Part shown: positions 39,235-53,110 of the stretch, piece after piece
Position numbering within the stretch: the stretch's first letter is position 1
How the letters are laid out: each line of letters opens with the position of its first letter
Source: Eledone cirrhosa
Taxonomy: Eukaryota
Reading direction: 5' to 3'
Length of the DNA: 64,000 nt
NCBI GenBank assembly: GCA_964016885.1
Contig: OZ024743.1
Location: forward strand, 5,084,001-5,148,000
Notes under the pieces: generated by a model
Seen by the model: the letters and a program-made list of their open reading frames with translations, nothing else
Told to the model about the DNA's origin: nothing
The model's database searches: none
Made by a program: the position numbers and the translations under genes

Positions 39235-40181
39235 CAATAACCTGATGGTTGTTTATATATTGTCAAAGCTGTTTCGTCACACATTCTGTGGCAGCATGAC
39301 CTACCCAAAGTATAACAATATAAATATATATATATATTTACACACACACACACTCTCTCTCTCTCACATACACACACACGCACACACACACACACACACA
39401 CGCACACATACACACACACTGTCTCTCTCACTCTCATTCTCTCGACTTCTTCAACAAATCCCTCTGCCTTTTATCTCTTAAAGTCATTAAGCAGTAAAAC
39501 CTCTTTTGTTAACCAACGATATTCCTTTCACGAATGTCTGAATGTTTCCATTTTTCCAGGGTCGACATATTGCACATTTTACCTGCTAACTCTGTTGTCT
39601 ATATATTTCTCATAATATTTTCATGTATACATTTTCTGTTTTTGTCGAACGGCACCTGTCCATTCATTGTTTTCTTATCGTCTCACATGTATCTTACTAA
39701 CAGTCTGTTGCACAAACTTACATTGCATGTGCAATAACACGTTAATGCCCAAAATTGCACGCCAGCAAGGCAACTGACAAGGTAAACTAGACATACAGTG
39801 AAAAGAATGTAGATACTACCAAATACTCATTCTCTCCCATATATACCCCAGGTCCGAACAAAAAAAATAAATAAATAAATAAATCCCTTTGTCACCGCTT
39901 CCGTTTCTTTCGCTTCCGTTTCTTTCGCTCCTCCACTGTTGTGAGCAAATGAGGGCCCAAGCGGTGGCTGCCCCGCATCTGCGGAGGACTGGCTGCCGCA
40001 CCGCGGCTCCGGTGGGCAGAATAGAGAAGGATGGTGAGGGAGATGCGTTAGATGCAATTGTATGTTCGTTTTATGTAACTGTTTCTCTTTTACTGGTTTC
40101 AGTCATTAGACTGCAGCCATTTAGTTGTTCATATTGACCCCACTCCCATTATTTATTTTATATAAATTTCTGCATGCTCAC

Positions 40182-40363
40182 AAGTGCCGGGTTTAGAACA
40201 TATGAGACCCTGTGCTAGTTAAATTATGAGGCCCATTTGAACGTTTGACATTTGAAAAATTCATCGTAATTTTTTTTTTTCTGCGGGAAAATGGAACCCC
40301 TTTCCCTGACCAACGGGACCCTGCCCTTATGCACACCTAAGCACAATGGTAAATCGAGCACTG
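40182..40363. mobile_element. Small hAT-like MITE
   Basis: Imperfect TIRs aagtgccgggttta / taaatcgagcactg. Confidence 0.45.
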
Positions 40364-40434
40364 ATGCTCCCAATGTATAGCAAGCTTGTTAGATTGCCTG
40401 CTGGGTCAGTAACAAGCAGTCATTATTAACCTCT

Positions 40435-40635
40435 AAAGGGGTCGATAAAATAAAGTACCAGTAATGTACTGGGTAATTGCTGGCCTTGTGCCAAAAGTAG
40501 AAACAATTATTAACCTCTAAATGATGCAAGACAACGTTGACCTCGGTGAAATTTGAATTCAGAATACAAAAGGCCGGAAACAATACCACAGAGCATTTGG
40601 TCCTACTTTCTAACGACTCTACCAATTCACCGTCT
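40435..40635. mobile_element. SINE fragments (3' part on plus, older copy on minus)
   Basis: ggggtcgataaaataaagtaccag...; gacctcggtgaaatttgaattcag. Confidence 0.7.
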
Positions 40636-40822
40636 TTACACAGGCGATATATATACATTTAAACACACTCATCTTTGCACGCATAAAAGTGAACATGCAA
40701 GCATGCACGCATTAGAGAACGTGTGTGGCAAGTATTGTTTAGTGTTATGACTACAGGTGCTTAAGACACTACTTCTGGTGTATGGTGTACACATGCCATG
40801 AAATAGATACATACACATCACT

Positions 40823-40858
<36 letters not shown>

Positions 40859-41675
40859 CTAGCAGTGGTACCCGGCGTTGCACGGGATAAGGTATTTTGG
40901 AACGCGGGCCGCCAAAGAAAATAAACCGAATACTCTGATGGCTGGATAATCTTTAAGATTTTGATCGATGAAGCAGGAAAAATGCAGGGTTTCACCTAGG
41001 GGATCAAGAAGATGAATTTTTTTTATGTGCATAATATGCTTTGAAATTTCGGGACAATCAGCTAGCCGTAACGCCTCCAAAAAGCCCTAAAAAGCTGAAA
41101 AAAACTTGGATAAAAAAAGTTGGATTTTCTTTGCTCACGGTATGAAGAAGAGACTGACTAATACATAGTTACAATTTCAACGCCTCAAAAAACCTCTAAA
41201 AAGCTTAAAAAACGCAATTTTTCACCTAATGTGGGCCCTAGTAGATCAAAATGTTGAATTTTTTTATGTGCATAACACTCCCTGAAACATAAGTAATACA
41301 CATGTAAAGTTTGAAAAAGATCGGTTGGGTACTTCTCGAGTTTTAGGAATTCAAACTCACACACACATCCTCAGGGAAGTGACGTAATGCAGACAGCTAG
41401 ACATACAAACAGATATTATATGGGCGCGACGTTATATGTATGTATCTATCTAAAAAGAGAAAGACTAAGAATTATAGAGAGAGATCGCTAAATCGCCTAA
41501 TGCGGTCCCTAGGGCATTAAAAATTTGAAATTTGCTCAGAACACTCCCTGAAGCATAAGTATTACATGTGTAAAGTTTGAAAACAGTCGGTTGGGTGGTT
41601 CTCGAGTTTTAGGGATTCAAACTCACATACACACAGACAGACATCCTCAGTTTTATATATATATATATTATATAA
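40859..41675 (-). mobile_element. Non-autonomous Helitron
   Basis: Minus-strand 3' end cccgtgcaacgccggg-taccactg-CTAG|T, with the same hairpin type as 17853-17880; internal sub-repeat 41275-41372/41540-41650; 5' end approximate. Confidence 0.75.
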
Positions 41676-41676
41676 A

Positions 41677-41747
<71 letters not shown>

Positions 41748-41749
<2 letters not shown>

Positions 41750-41956
41750 CGAAGGAGGTATGGTAAGGAACCAACCAGATAGACCATAACGCACCAGAGT
41801 ACTCAATACTTAGGGTAGTAGAGTGGGTAATAGAAAAATGTTTAACCCCGACAGCAGAGCTCAAGCCGATTCGACGGCTATTTCTGGACTAAAAACAGTC
41901 CAGAAATAGCCGACGAATCGGATTGAGCTCTGCTGTCGGGGTTAAACATTTTCCTA
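41748..41956 (-). mobile_element. Family-A pLTR palindrome in (TA)n
   Basis: Homologous to 8239-8417; centre ctggactaaaaacagtccag. Confidence 0.75.
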
Positions 41957-41967
41957 TATATATATAT

Positions 41968-43760
41968 CACCTTGACCGACCAGTCTGTCGGGCGTCCATT
42001 CGGCGCAGCTGGTCGCAGCACGCCGTCCAACCTCTCTGGATCGTGCTTTCCTCATCCATGTAGTCCCAATCATATTCCTAAAATCGTAACTCCACCTTCG
42101 TGGAGGCCTTCCGAGTGGTCGTTTCCGCTCGCGCGGGTACCACTCGGCAACTGCGCGGGTCCACCGATTATCGGTGAACCGGGAGACGTGTCCAGCCCAT
42201 CTGAACTTGCGCATATATACTGTGATGACGTCCCGCACGCCAGACTTCTGCCTGATGACTTCACTCCTGATGTGCTCTCTCAACGAGATTTCTAGCATTG
42301 ATCTCTCCATGGCTCTTTGAGCCGTTTCCAGCCTCTGCTCTCCTCTATTCGTTGTAGCCCAAGTTTCACTGCCATATAACATTGCAGGTAAAACTGCTAT
42401 TGAAAAGGTTGGCACGGGTGGTCTTGTCCAACCTCCCTCTGAGCACATTCCTTATGCCGTTGAACGCCTTCAATCCGGCCCTTACTCTCCGCGAGATCTC
42501 TCTCTCAATGTCTCGGCGCATGTTCACTTCTTGTCCTAGGTAGACGTATTCCTCCACCTCCTTTATTTCATCACCGCCAACCACCATTCGACCTGTTGGT
42601 TCGTTGTCGGACCGCATGAACTTCGTTTTCATGCGGTTCATCTTGAGGCCTACTGCAGAGCTTTTGATGTCGAGCTCCGTCAGCATGGTCTGAAGCTGAT
42701 CCGTGGTTTCAGCGATGAGTACGATGTCATCAGCGATGTCTCGCCATTGATGTTGACACCGCCTTGCCAGTCAATGCCTCTGATGATCTGCTCGAGACAC
42801 GCGGTGAAAAGTTTTGGAGAGATCGTATCTCCTTGCCTCACTCTCTTCTCGACCGGCACTCGTACGGGTGATGAGAGCAGAGCTATGTCGGTGGTGCATC
42901 CGGAATTCGCCTCCTTGAGCAGTTGAACATATTGCGCTTCGACTCATTGCCTCTGCAACAAGTTCAGAGGAAGAATATGAAGAGGACACCTGAAGATCAC
43001 CTCGAATATTCCCTTCTCAGCAGAGTGATACGTCAACAACTGAAGAGAGACTTCGAGGCATACCGGATGGAGAAGCTCCTGAAAGCCGCAGAGGAAAAGA
43101 AGAGCCTCAAGAAATGCGAGAGGGACATGGCAATGTACAGATCGGAGGTGACGACCCTGAAGAACACAGCTGGAGTACCGGTCAGCGACAAGAGTGAGGT
43201 GGAAAAGGTTTACGAAGACTTCTACACCAAGCTCTTCAAGTCTGCCGGGAATGTCCAGCCGTTGTCGTCACTCCAACAGGAAGAAAATGTGCCACCCATC
43301 CTTGTCAGTGAGGTCGAAAGAGCTGTCGGCTGAATGAAAAGCGGAAAGGCGCCAGGGAAAGTCGGCATAACATCGGAGGTGTTGAAGTCAGGCGGAGAGC
43401 AGCTCTGGAAAATCCTCGCCGAGCGATTCACACACGATCTGGACGAGGGAAGAATACCAGTGGAAAGAGTCGAATACCATCCTGCTATACAAGAAGGGCG
43501 ATAGAGAAGATCTGAAGAACTACCGACCCATATGCCTGCTGTTTCGCGTGTACAAGCTGTTCACGAAGATCATCCTGAACAGGTTATCACATCATCTGGA
43601 CGAACAGCAACCGAGAGAGCAAGCCGGCTTCTGGATGAACTACAGCACGATGGACCACATATTTACTCTGACACAACTGCTTGAGCGAACGAAGAGAACA
43701 AGATGACTCTTTGCGTCGCGTTCGTAGACTCCGAGAAGGCCTTCGACAGCGTCGAAATCA
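41968..43760 (-). pseudogene. Decayed RTE-clade LINE with an inverted 5' segment
   Basis: Plus 42945-43760: GKAPG, NYRPICLL, EQAGF, KAFDSVE. Minus 42945-41968: VRQGDTISPKLF, IADDIV, YVYLGQ, MLYGSETW, WAGHV, RPLGRPPRRW. Confidence 0.9.
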
Positions 43761-43795
43761 TATATATATATATATATAACTTGCCTCATGTGTTT

Positions 43796-43880
<85 letters not shown>

Positions 43881-44307
43881 TATATATATATATATTATAT
43901 ATATGTATGTATATAAGTATGTATATGTATTCACACCCACATACGCATACACACGCTCACACGTGCACTTACTCACGCACACACACGTACATACATACGC
44001 ACGCACACACGTATGCACACGTGTACATACATATATTTATATGTACGTATATATATATATATATATACATATATATATGGATATCCGGATATAAAAGGCA
44101 TAGTAAAAATGCTCAAACTAGGGAGCTTATTTAGTTTATATTAAAGTTAATACACCTGACGTGTATGTGTGACCTTAGGTTTCGAGGTCCAGATTTGGCT
44201 ACCACTATATAGTGGCGTGGCGGTTTTAGAACTGCCACTCAACTATAGCCAAAACTGGACACCGAAATATACTGTTAGGTGTATGAACTTTAATATAAGC
44301 TATATAC

Positions 44308-44389
<82 letters not shown>

Positions 44390-44391
<2 letters not shown>

Positions 44392-44670
44392 TCTCCCATC
44401 TGCAAGCGACGCCTGGGCTGGTTTGGACACGCTTTGAGACTTCCCCGAGGAGACTGGCGAACCAAGTACTTAAATGGAGCCCGCAGGGAAGCAGACGGAG
44501 AGGGCGACCCAATATGAACTGGCGCCAGACAGTTGAGAGGGACCTGCGAGCGACAAACAGACAATGGCGGGACGCTGTGCAACTGGCTGCTGACCGAACG
44601 CGGTGGAACACTATGATTGCCTCATGCGTCGCAAGACGCGGGAGCTTCTGAGTCTGAGTCTGAGTCTGAG
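44390..44670 (+). mobile_element. 3' end of an RTE-type LINE with a (CTGAGT)n tail
   Basis: WFGHALR..LKWSPQGSRRRGRP..W..ERDL..AADRTRW followed by ctgagt x4. Confidence 0.8.
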
Positions 44671-44681
44671 TGTGTGCGTGC

Positions 44682-44762
<81 letters not shown>

Positions 44763-45663
44763 CGTGTGTGTGTGTGTGTGTGTGTTTTCATTTGTGTCTG
44801 TGTATGTGTATATGTCCCATAATCTAGCATTTCGACAGGAAGAGATTGATAAAATATATACCAAACTTGAAAAATAAATACTGATCGATTAAATACCCCT
44901 TTTATAATAAATTCCACCTTAATGATATAGCAATCAATATGGCCCCTCCCCCCAAAAAAATTAAAATTTTTGGTATAATTTTTTTTATATAGAAATAATT
45001 TCGGCATGTTTTTTATTTCAATCAAATCATTTTAAATTTATTATAAACCCTTTTTCAACAAAAAACATTAAAATAAGAATATATTATTTAATTTCAAAGA
45101 ACAAATTAATGAGATTTCTGTAATTATTTGTTTTCTATATCCAGTTTTAAATGATAAATTTACTAAAATAAATAATGAAAAGTACTTCAAAATAGTCAAA
45201 GTAATTTTGTCAATGAGAAATTTACTAAAATAAATAACATATATCCTGTTATAAAAATAAGTTTCTTTACTAAGTTTATTTACTAAAACATAAATTGTTA
45301 TATCCAGATTTAAATAATTATCAAGTGAAGTAAAATTATAATTAGAAAAGGTTGATAAAATGTTGATAAAAAGTTGAATATAAAAATGTGAAGCAAGAAA
45401 AAGAAAAAAATATGTTAGGAAACTACTCTTCTTTTTTATGGATGAAATTTTGTGATTTTTAGTTAATTCCCGTGGCTCCGGCCAATAACTTGCTATGGCC
45501 CACTGGTGGGCCATGGCCCCCTGGTTGGGAACCAATGATATAGACAGAGCCTATGTAAGTTTAGTGGAGGGTGGTCAAGTTCTGAGCCCTGAAAACCAAA
45601 GAGTAGCCCGTGTATACCTTTTTCCCACAGACTCACCAGTTTCGCAAATCCTTACTATGGTTA

Positions 45664-46001
45664 TGGTCACCACCTTTCATGGTCACCACCTTTCATGGTC
45701 TCCACCTTTCATGGTCACCACCTTTCATGGTCACCACCTTTCATGGTCACCACCTTTCATGGTCACCACCTTTCATGGTCACTACCTTTCATGGTCACCA
45801 CCTTTCATGGTCACCACCTTTCATGGTCACCACCTTTCATGGTCACCACCTTTCATGGTCACTACCTTTCATGGTCACCACCTTTCATGGTCACCACCTT
45901 TCATGGTCACCACCTTTCATGGTCACCACCTTTCATGGTCACTACCTTTCATGGTCACCACCTTTCATGGTCACCACCTTTCATGGTCACCACCTTTCAT
46001 G
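45664..46001. repeat. 16-bp minisatellite (catggtcaccaccttt) x~21 with an 80-bp higher-order period
   Basis: The variant actacc occurs at 45781, 45861 and 45941. Confidence 0.93.
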
Positions 46002-46435
46002 ATTAAGTGACAAAGAAAAAAATCATCAATTATAAAAAAGTTAATATCACATTTCCTTCTTAATAACATATCGAAACACCTGCAGCGGTTTAACCCCCCA
46101 CAATCCGTAATGCGAAAGAGCAATAAGCTAATCCAATCACTTATTACCTCTCTATAAATATATTACAGTAATGATATACATAGTTGTATGGATTCATTTG
46201 TTCGTTTTACCCGCAAAGTGCTCAGACGCTCACCGCATACTTCTTATAATTTGGGTTATATATTCTTGCATAAACGTGCAGGGAAGTCATCCCATGTTAA
46301 TCAGCACACGACAAGTATGTGCATGTGTATGCATGCACACGCTTGCATGTATATGAGAGCTTTTGCAGCGTAATGGTAGGAAAACATTCAAAACACAGAT
46401 AAATAAATGTAGGAAGACAAAAAAAAAAAAAAATG

Positions 46436-46832
46436 CAGATAGATAGATAGATAGGTATATTTCTTTATTTGCCACAAGGGCACACAAGAAAAGGGACAAT
46501 ACAAAGACACATGCCGGGGATTTTACATACAATCGTGTAAAAATATTGAAACAAACAAATTAAACAATCGATAGGGGGAGGCGCCACAAATGGGTAGATA
46601 GATAGATAGATAAATTTCTTTATTAGCCACAAGGGCACAAAAGAAGGGGACAAATACAAATGGGGAGTTTACATGCAGGTATATGAAAATAAAACTATTA
46701 ATAAAATAACAAATAACAATTGAAATCCCCAATAGGGGGGAGGCGTTACACAGGGGTTGTACACACCCCGAAAAAATGTACAACCCCCATCTCCAGGAGC
46801 ACCAAGAGTGGTAGATAGATAGATAGATAGAT
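46436..46832 (-). mobile_element. Two tandem 5'-truncated 3'UTRs of a Tx1-like LINE in (GATA)n
   Basis: Both end gtgcccttgtggcwAATAAAgaaat, like the element at 1-5520; each is flanked by GATA repeats; a third short copy lies at 26850-26885. Confidence 0.72.
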
Positions 46833-47266
46833 GGGGAGAGAGAGAGAGAAAAAGAGAGAGAAAGTGAGCAAAAGAAACCCATTAAGTTTTTAACTAGTGG
46901 TCTTTTGGATGGGGGAACAATGAGTAAATATTTCTTACCACACACACAGAGGGAGAACCAGAGAGAGAAAGGGTGAGTGTGGATGAGTGTGAGGGAGAGC
47001 GAGGGGGAGGAGGAAGAAAGGGACAGACAGACAAAAAACTTTACAGTACCGGTCACTCTGTGACGCTATAACATTGTGTGCTACATCATAAACACACACT
47101 GATTCTTGCAGTTTTCGCGTGCACACTCCCCCCTCTCTCTCTCTCTCTCTCTCATTCACTCACTTTTTCTCACCCTCTCTCTTTACCTCGCTTTCTCTCG
47201 GTCTCGTGTATTAATGTAAAAAATTGTATAAGTGTATATATGTATAAATGTATACTTGTATGCATG

Positions 47267-47334
<68 letters not shown>

Positions 47335-47534
47335 CATATGTATGTGTTGTGTGTGTTTGTGTGCAATAAATGTGCAGTCATCCATTCGTACACGCAAGCT
47401 TGTATGTGTGTGTGTGAGTGTGTGTGTGTGAGTGTGTGTGTGCGTGTGTGTGTGTGTGACGGGAGGTGACCACAGTTTAAAAAGGTACTCAATAGGTTAG
47501 AAGAGTATAGGCATTTTTATCTTATATAGAAACG

Positions 47535-47584
47535 GCTTCTACAGGACAAGAACTGTTTCAATCGTATGAAATCATCAGAAAAGT
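47535..47584 (-). ncRNA. Type I hammerhead ribozyme (family C, diverged)
   Basis: Minus strand: cttt(t)-CTGATGA-tttc atac gatt-GAAA-cag ttcttgtc ctg-TA-gaag. Confidence 0.62.
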
Positions 47585-48712
47585 CATATGCATATATTCA
47601 AATTTGATTAAGTTTCTTGTAAGTAGGTACTGGGTGTCCCATATGTTCTCTAGCCCAGATCTCCTAGTTATTTTAATACGGCCTTGGTCATAGAGGTCAT
47701 CGGCCTTGTAGATATGAATATTTCTTTCAAAATCAACGGGACAGGGGATCATTATAGAGACCTAATGGTGTTCCCAAAAGTTAACAAGCATTTTTCTTAG
47801 CTATTTTCTTTGTTTGTTTTTTTTTACTGTTCAGTCATGGGCTTTAGAAGTTATAATTTTTACTATCCAGATTATAAATTGATGATTTCAAACCTGTAGA
47901 TAAAATATATTTTGCTCTTTCCTCTTGTGGGTCATACCCAACCCCTCCAACACAACCAAGGATAAAGAAAGAAAAAAGAATAAATGCTAAATTGTATGTA
48001 AATCACATGATGTATTTACTGTGTTACTTTTCAACAACAACGGAGAGTAAAAAAGACCAAAAACGAAAGTATTCCACCCACCGTCACTATAATGAAAGGA
48101 TAAGTTGATTAAGTGGATAGATAGATAAATAAATGCTACAAAGTTGTGACCATTTTTCCCCCTCTCTCTCCAATCCCAACGTTCTGTGACAAAATGTATG
48201 GTCCCACTTATTTAGTTATGTTTCTATGATTGAATAATTATTTCGAAGGGGTAAGATGTTCTTAGAAATAAAGCGACCAGCTAACTCTAACTTAGTAAAT
48301 ACTTGAAACAGAATAGTAAAAATATGCGAGACTTTTCTAAAGTTGAACAGGTATCTTTTAATCTTGTAACCGAATACTTTATAAGAATTCGAATACTTTA
48401 TAAGAATTCGGCCTACACATCGAACAATCTTGAAATTCCAGAATCGTTATATGCCGAACTCTAAAAAGAAAAAAAGATGAAATGTATTTAATAGCAAATA
48501 TTTCCAACGCAAGAGCAAGAATGAGGGGCTCATTCTAGTGACATGGCTTAAAAGAGGCTGTTTGCATAATTGCAAACGAATCGAATATTGTTATTAATAT
48601 TCGAAAAACTCAGATTACATTTGTTGTATTCAGCCATGTAGAGCGATAACTATTTGTTAGTTATAATATTGTCAATTTTCACAAAAATATATTCTATAGT
48701 TATATTTTGATA

Positions 48713-49215
48713 TACCGTATATACTTGAGTAATAGTCGATCTCATTTAAAAAGTCAACCCCTTATTTTGGGCCACAAATCTAGAATTTTCCATAGACCGC
48801 TTATAAAAGTCGATCATAGTATTTCGCGGATAACAGGTCAACATTTGTGGCTCAAGGTAGAAATAACACTGTTACAAAATCGTCATAAATTTAAGGCGAA
48901 TTTATATTATTGCGAATATATGTCTGAAACTAAAGATTTACCCAAACGTGTGCCTCCCCTACCCTTACTTGCCCTATAGCTACACGGCCTTCTTTATGGA
49001 TTTTGTTATTTAGTAGGGCCTGTATTTTGATGCATAGAATCGGTAATATTCATTGTTTTTGTTTTTATTTGTATAGAGATCAGTTGGGCTTCTGCTACTG
49101 GATTCTAGCTGGAATTTCAAACTCCTCAAAAGTAGTATCCATGTAATAGTTGACCCCACAAATTTAACCTTTAAAAAAGTGTCTAAAAAATTCGATTTTT
49201 ACGCGAATATATATT
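48713..49215. mobile_element. Degenerate Tc1/mariner(pogo)-type non-autonomous transposon
   Basis: taccgtatatacttgagtaatagtcga ... tcgatttttacgcgaatatata, with internal copies of the TIR motif. Confidence 0.5.
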
Positions 49216-49569
49216 TAAAACGGGACGGGTCTCCTATGAGTTTGAGATTCTGGGCTGCAGCTCACTATCTCACTATACAGCTCTGGATTGGGTTCTTGAG
49301 AAGCCTGTAGTATATACTACAAAGATGCTCTGATCTTTTTAAATGTAATTTAAAGGTTAAAGGCAGTATAGTATAAAGCGCTTAGCCCCTGGAAATTCAG
49401 GGCTAGTAGCAAACGCTTACGTAATCTTTCTTTTCTGTCCCAAATGTATATAATTTTGTGAGTCCGGAATTGATCGAGATTACCACACATCCTCTCTATC
49501 GAATCTTTTTTTTTTTTTGTCTTACAGCCACCCTGTTCCATTCATTATCCTCCTTTTACATAAAAGTTC

Positions 49570-49689
<120 letters not shown>

Positions 49690-50242
49690 TAAATGATAGA
49701 CAATATTAGATGTATGAATAACTTCGGAGAAATAACTATTTACAGGGACGAATTAGAAGCCAGGACCTTTTAAATAGAAAGCGAAATTATTGTAGCAACA
49801 TGACTGAGACAGGAAATGCATGTGTGTTGTAGTAACGGGCAAGATGCCTTGTGGTATTTGTTCAGGCACTTAGCAAACTCACTCCAAATCCCGCTGTGGC
49901 TTATTTCGATGATACACTTAATCCGTCGCCCAGTTCAACAACACCTAAAAAGCTCTCGCGTGCTTTTATCGGAGTTCACTCTGTTGTCAGTATCAGGATC
50001 AGGCCCCTGGTTTTAATATATCTTTTTCCTTTCCTCTCAACAATCAGAGAAGCCCTGAAAGATATCACAGTCACAGCTTTTCCCCACCTGACTAAACAGT
50101 AAAAAAAAACAATAATAATAAAATATATCTGTTTATGTATGGTTAATACGAATTTATGAACATGTTTTTTTAAATCTTTGAATTCATCTTATAAGAAAAG
50201 CTATTCCTGATTAAAAAACGTACCACAATCAGTGGCATTTAG

Positions 50243-50430
50243 ACTCCAAGTACCGGTCGCTCTCCGACAGCTTTGCGGTAGTGCCCTTGGCAGTGGAGGC
50301 TTCTGGTGTCCTTGGCCCTAGAGCTACCTCCCTCCTCACCACCATAGGCGCTGAGCTGGTCAACCGCATCTCCCTTACTATCCTCCGAGGAAATGCCTTC
50401 TCCATTCTGTCCGCCGGGGCTGTTGGGAGG
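50243..50430 (+). pseudogene. C-terminal restriction-like endonuclease fragment of a CRE-like non-LTR element
   Basis: SKYRSL..VVPLAVEASGVLGP..LL..IG...RISLTILRGNAFSIL. Confidence 0.65.
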
Positions 50431-51826
50431 CCAGCACGTGGGACCCCATTTGTTCATCATACAGAGAGATGGGGAGGGCGAGAGATATGGAGGCGATGAC
50501 TGTGGGAGTTCGGCTCTTCCACGTTCGGACCATATCCTGGTGGTTGTGTTCATTATCTATAGAGTTCATTCTACTAACAAATATAAAGAATTACTCACTT
50601 AAACTCTTATATAAAACTGTTACATATTCCCACAGTGCCGCAGACAGATTGAGTCTGTAGAATACATAAGATGGTTTAAACAGTTAGTAAACGATACCCC
50701 TGTCAACTCTCCCACCTATTTGCGGTGGGTGAGAGATGTCTTCTTTTGTGAAAATGGGTATAGCTTTCATTATGTGAAAATGGGTATAGCTTTCATTATG
50801 TGAAATCTCCCCATTTTACCTCATTTCTCCCCGTTTTGGGACACCTTTTTTCATGGTACTCCCCGTTTGGGTTTGTAGATGTTGGCAGGTCTGAAACGGG
50901 GAAGTCTCTAAGCATTTTGCTAGAAAAAGCAACCAAATCTGTATCAAATAAAACTTATCAAATAAAAGGGAGGACACTTGTCATCCGAGATACACAAAGC
51001 CTGAGAAAGTCGGGGTAGTCATGTCTGGAACACCTTTTATAACAGGTCTGCTTTCGCACATAGGTCTACTGACACTATACAACAACAACAGCAACAAACA
51101 CAAAACAACAAAATACAGCGTGAATTGATAACACTGTCCAACAATGTCCTTCGGGCGATCTTGTGTGTGTGTCTATGTGAGTGTGCGTGCATGCGTCCGT
51201 GTGCATGTGTATGTGCGTGTGTGTGTGTATATGTGTGTATATGTATGTGTGCATAGTTTTAAGTGAAATTGTGTGCGTGTGTATCGATATCAATATATGT
51301 ATGCGAGTGTATGAGTACGTGTGTGTGTGTGTGTGTGTGTGTTAGTTATTATATGGGTGTGTGCACTTTGTGTTAAACGCGTGGATGTAAGTGTGCTACA
51401 CTGTGTGTACGTCGTGTGCATGTGTACACGACGTACACACAGTGTGCTACACTGTGTGTACGTCGTGTGCATGTGTACACGCGCTTTTGATAAGAAAAAA
51501 ATATGGTGTCGGAGAGACAAAAAGAAATAGGATAAAGAGGATGTGGAGTGAATTGATTTCCTATATTTCACTGAGATTAGGTGACATTCATGCATGTCTT
51601 TATCTTGGTTGGATCACACAGTTCGGTTGGCGGAAGTGTAATTATAAAGTCACAGAGTTAAAAAGTAAAAGTGAAATACATACACATACACATATACGCG
51701 TCTACACTGACACACTCTGTAGAGCAACACCTGTACAAACACATACACCTGTACAGGTTAGCAGGAACCGCTTGACAAGTACAAACACACACACATGTAG
51801 GTATACATGTACACAATCACACACAA

Positions 51827-51867
<41 letters not shown>

Positions 51868-52361
51868 CACACACACAACACACGCACGTACACACAAACA
51901 CACACACGCGCCCACACACATATACACATACAAATGTGCGCGCACGTGCGAGAAACACACATGCATACACACACATTTAAAGCAAATGGATTTCCGTCGG
52001 TTTCGAAATGACTCAGTATTCCACAGACACGTGTATCCTTCAGACAGAATCAAGGGGGATCACTAGATTGAATGTTTGCATTACGGATTACAGTCCATCC
52101 GACGGAGTTCCACCTCTTTTTTTTTTTTTAGCCTCAAAGTATGACACTTCTGTGTGGTCGAGCAGCTGCTAGAAGTAGTAGCTAAATCCCACCGTAATCA
52201 TATCCTATCGTTTTAAATAAAGAAAAAACACTGGATAATACTGAAGTTCTAGATGAAATAAAAAGACGAGAAGGTCATCCCTGGAAGGCATTTTATTACG
52301 AGTCAGCTGTGTCAGGACTGACTTGGCTCGAAACAAAAACAGACACACACACACACACACA

Positions 52362-52421
<60 letters not shown>

Positions 52422-52454
52422 TGAAAATAAAACATATATATATATATAAGTAGA

Positions 52455-52738
52455 AAGTGTATTTAATTTGTTGGAAGTCCAACAAATATAAATGTTTATA
52501 ACTGATTTAGAGCACTCAACATTTTACTGGAGTGATATTCAATGATATTAAATAAATAGAAACTATATTTATAAAACCATATTTATTTTATTATATATAT
52601 TTCAAGGGTACTCTATTTATAAAACAAACTTTGTATTTTATCTGATGAAAGCGTACCAATGTTGTCTTGGTACCCTTGAAATATATATAATAAAATAAAT
52701 ATAGTTTTATAAATATAGTTTCCATTTATTTAATATCG
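52455..52738. mobile_element. Inverted family-B pLTR pair in (TA)n
   Basis: 52544-52611 is inverted at 52670-52737; homologous to 25890-26258. Confidence 0.75.
52634..52697 (+). ncRNA. Minimal type I hammerhead ribozyme
   Basis: tattttat-CTGATGA-aagcgtacca..tggtaccctt-GAAA-tatata-TA-ataaaata. Confidence 0.82.
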
Positions 52739-52739
52739 T

Positions 52740-52769
<30 letters not shown>

Positions 52770-52773
<4 letters not shown>

Positions 52774-53018
52774 TATGCTGTATGCGTGTGTGCATATTTT
52801 ACGTTGTGTTTGTCTGTGTGTCTGTGTGTCTGTGTCTGCTTGTCTGTTTAACTATCTCTCTCTCTCCATCTTCTCTCTCTTATCTCTCTCTTTCTCTAAC
52901 ACACTCTCTCTCTCTCTCTCTCTTTATATACCCCCCCCCCCCCCCACTCTCACAAGTGTGAACCTAATAAACTCATATTTGTACTGCCTCTCTGTTTTTG
53001 TTCCTGTCAAAGATTTAA

Positions 53019-53110
<92 letters not shown>

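Larger units (their letters stand above)
28410..39320 (-). mobile_element. Solo Nematis-like pLTR split by two internal repeat expansions
   Basis: On the minus strand, 39292-39233 and 28745-28410 are consecutive parts of the pLTR at 19495-19760; a short inverted pLTR end lies at 39290-39320. Confidence 0.8.

Noticed and set aside
28742-39245. Dozens of W/L/V/G-rich or T/N/Q/P-rich ORFs
   Set aside because: Translations of the GGTT/CCAA array, not genes
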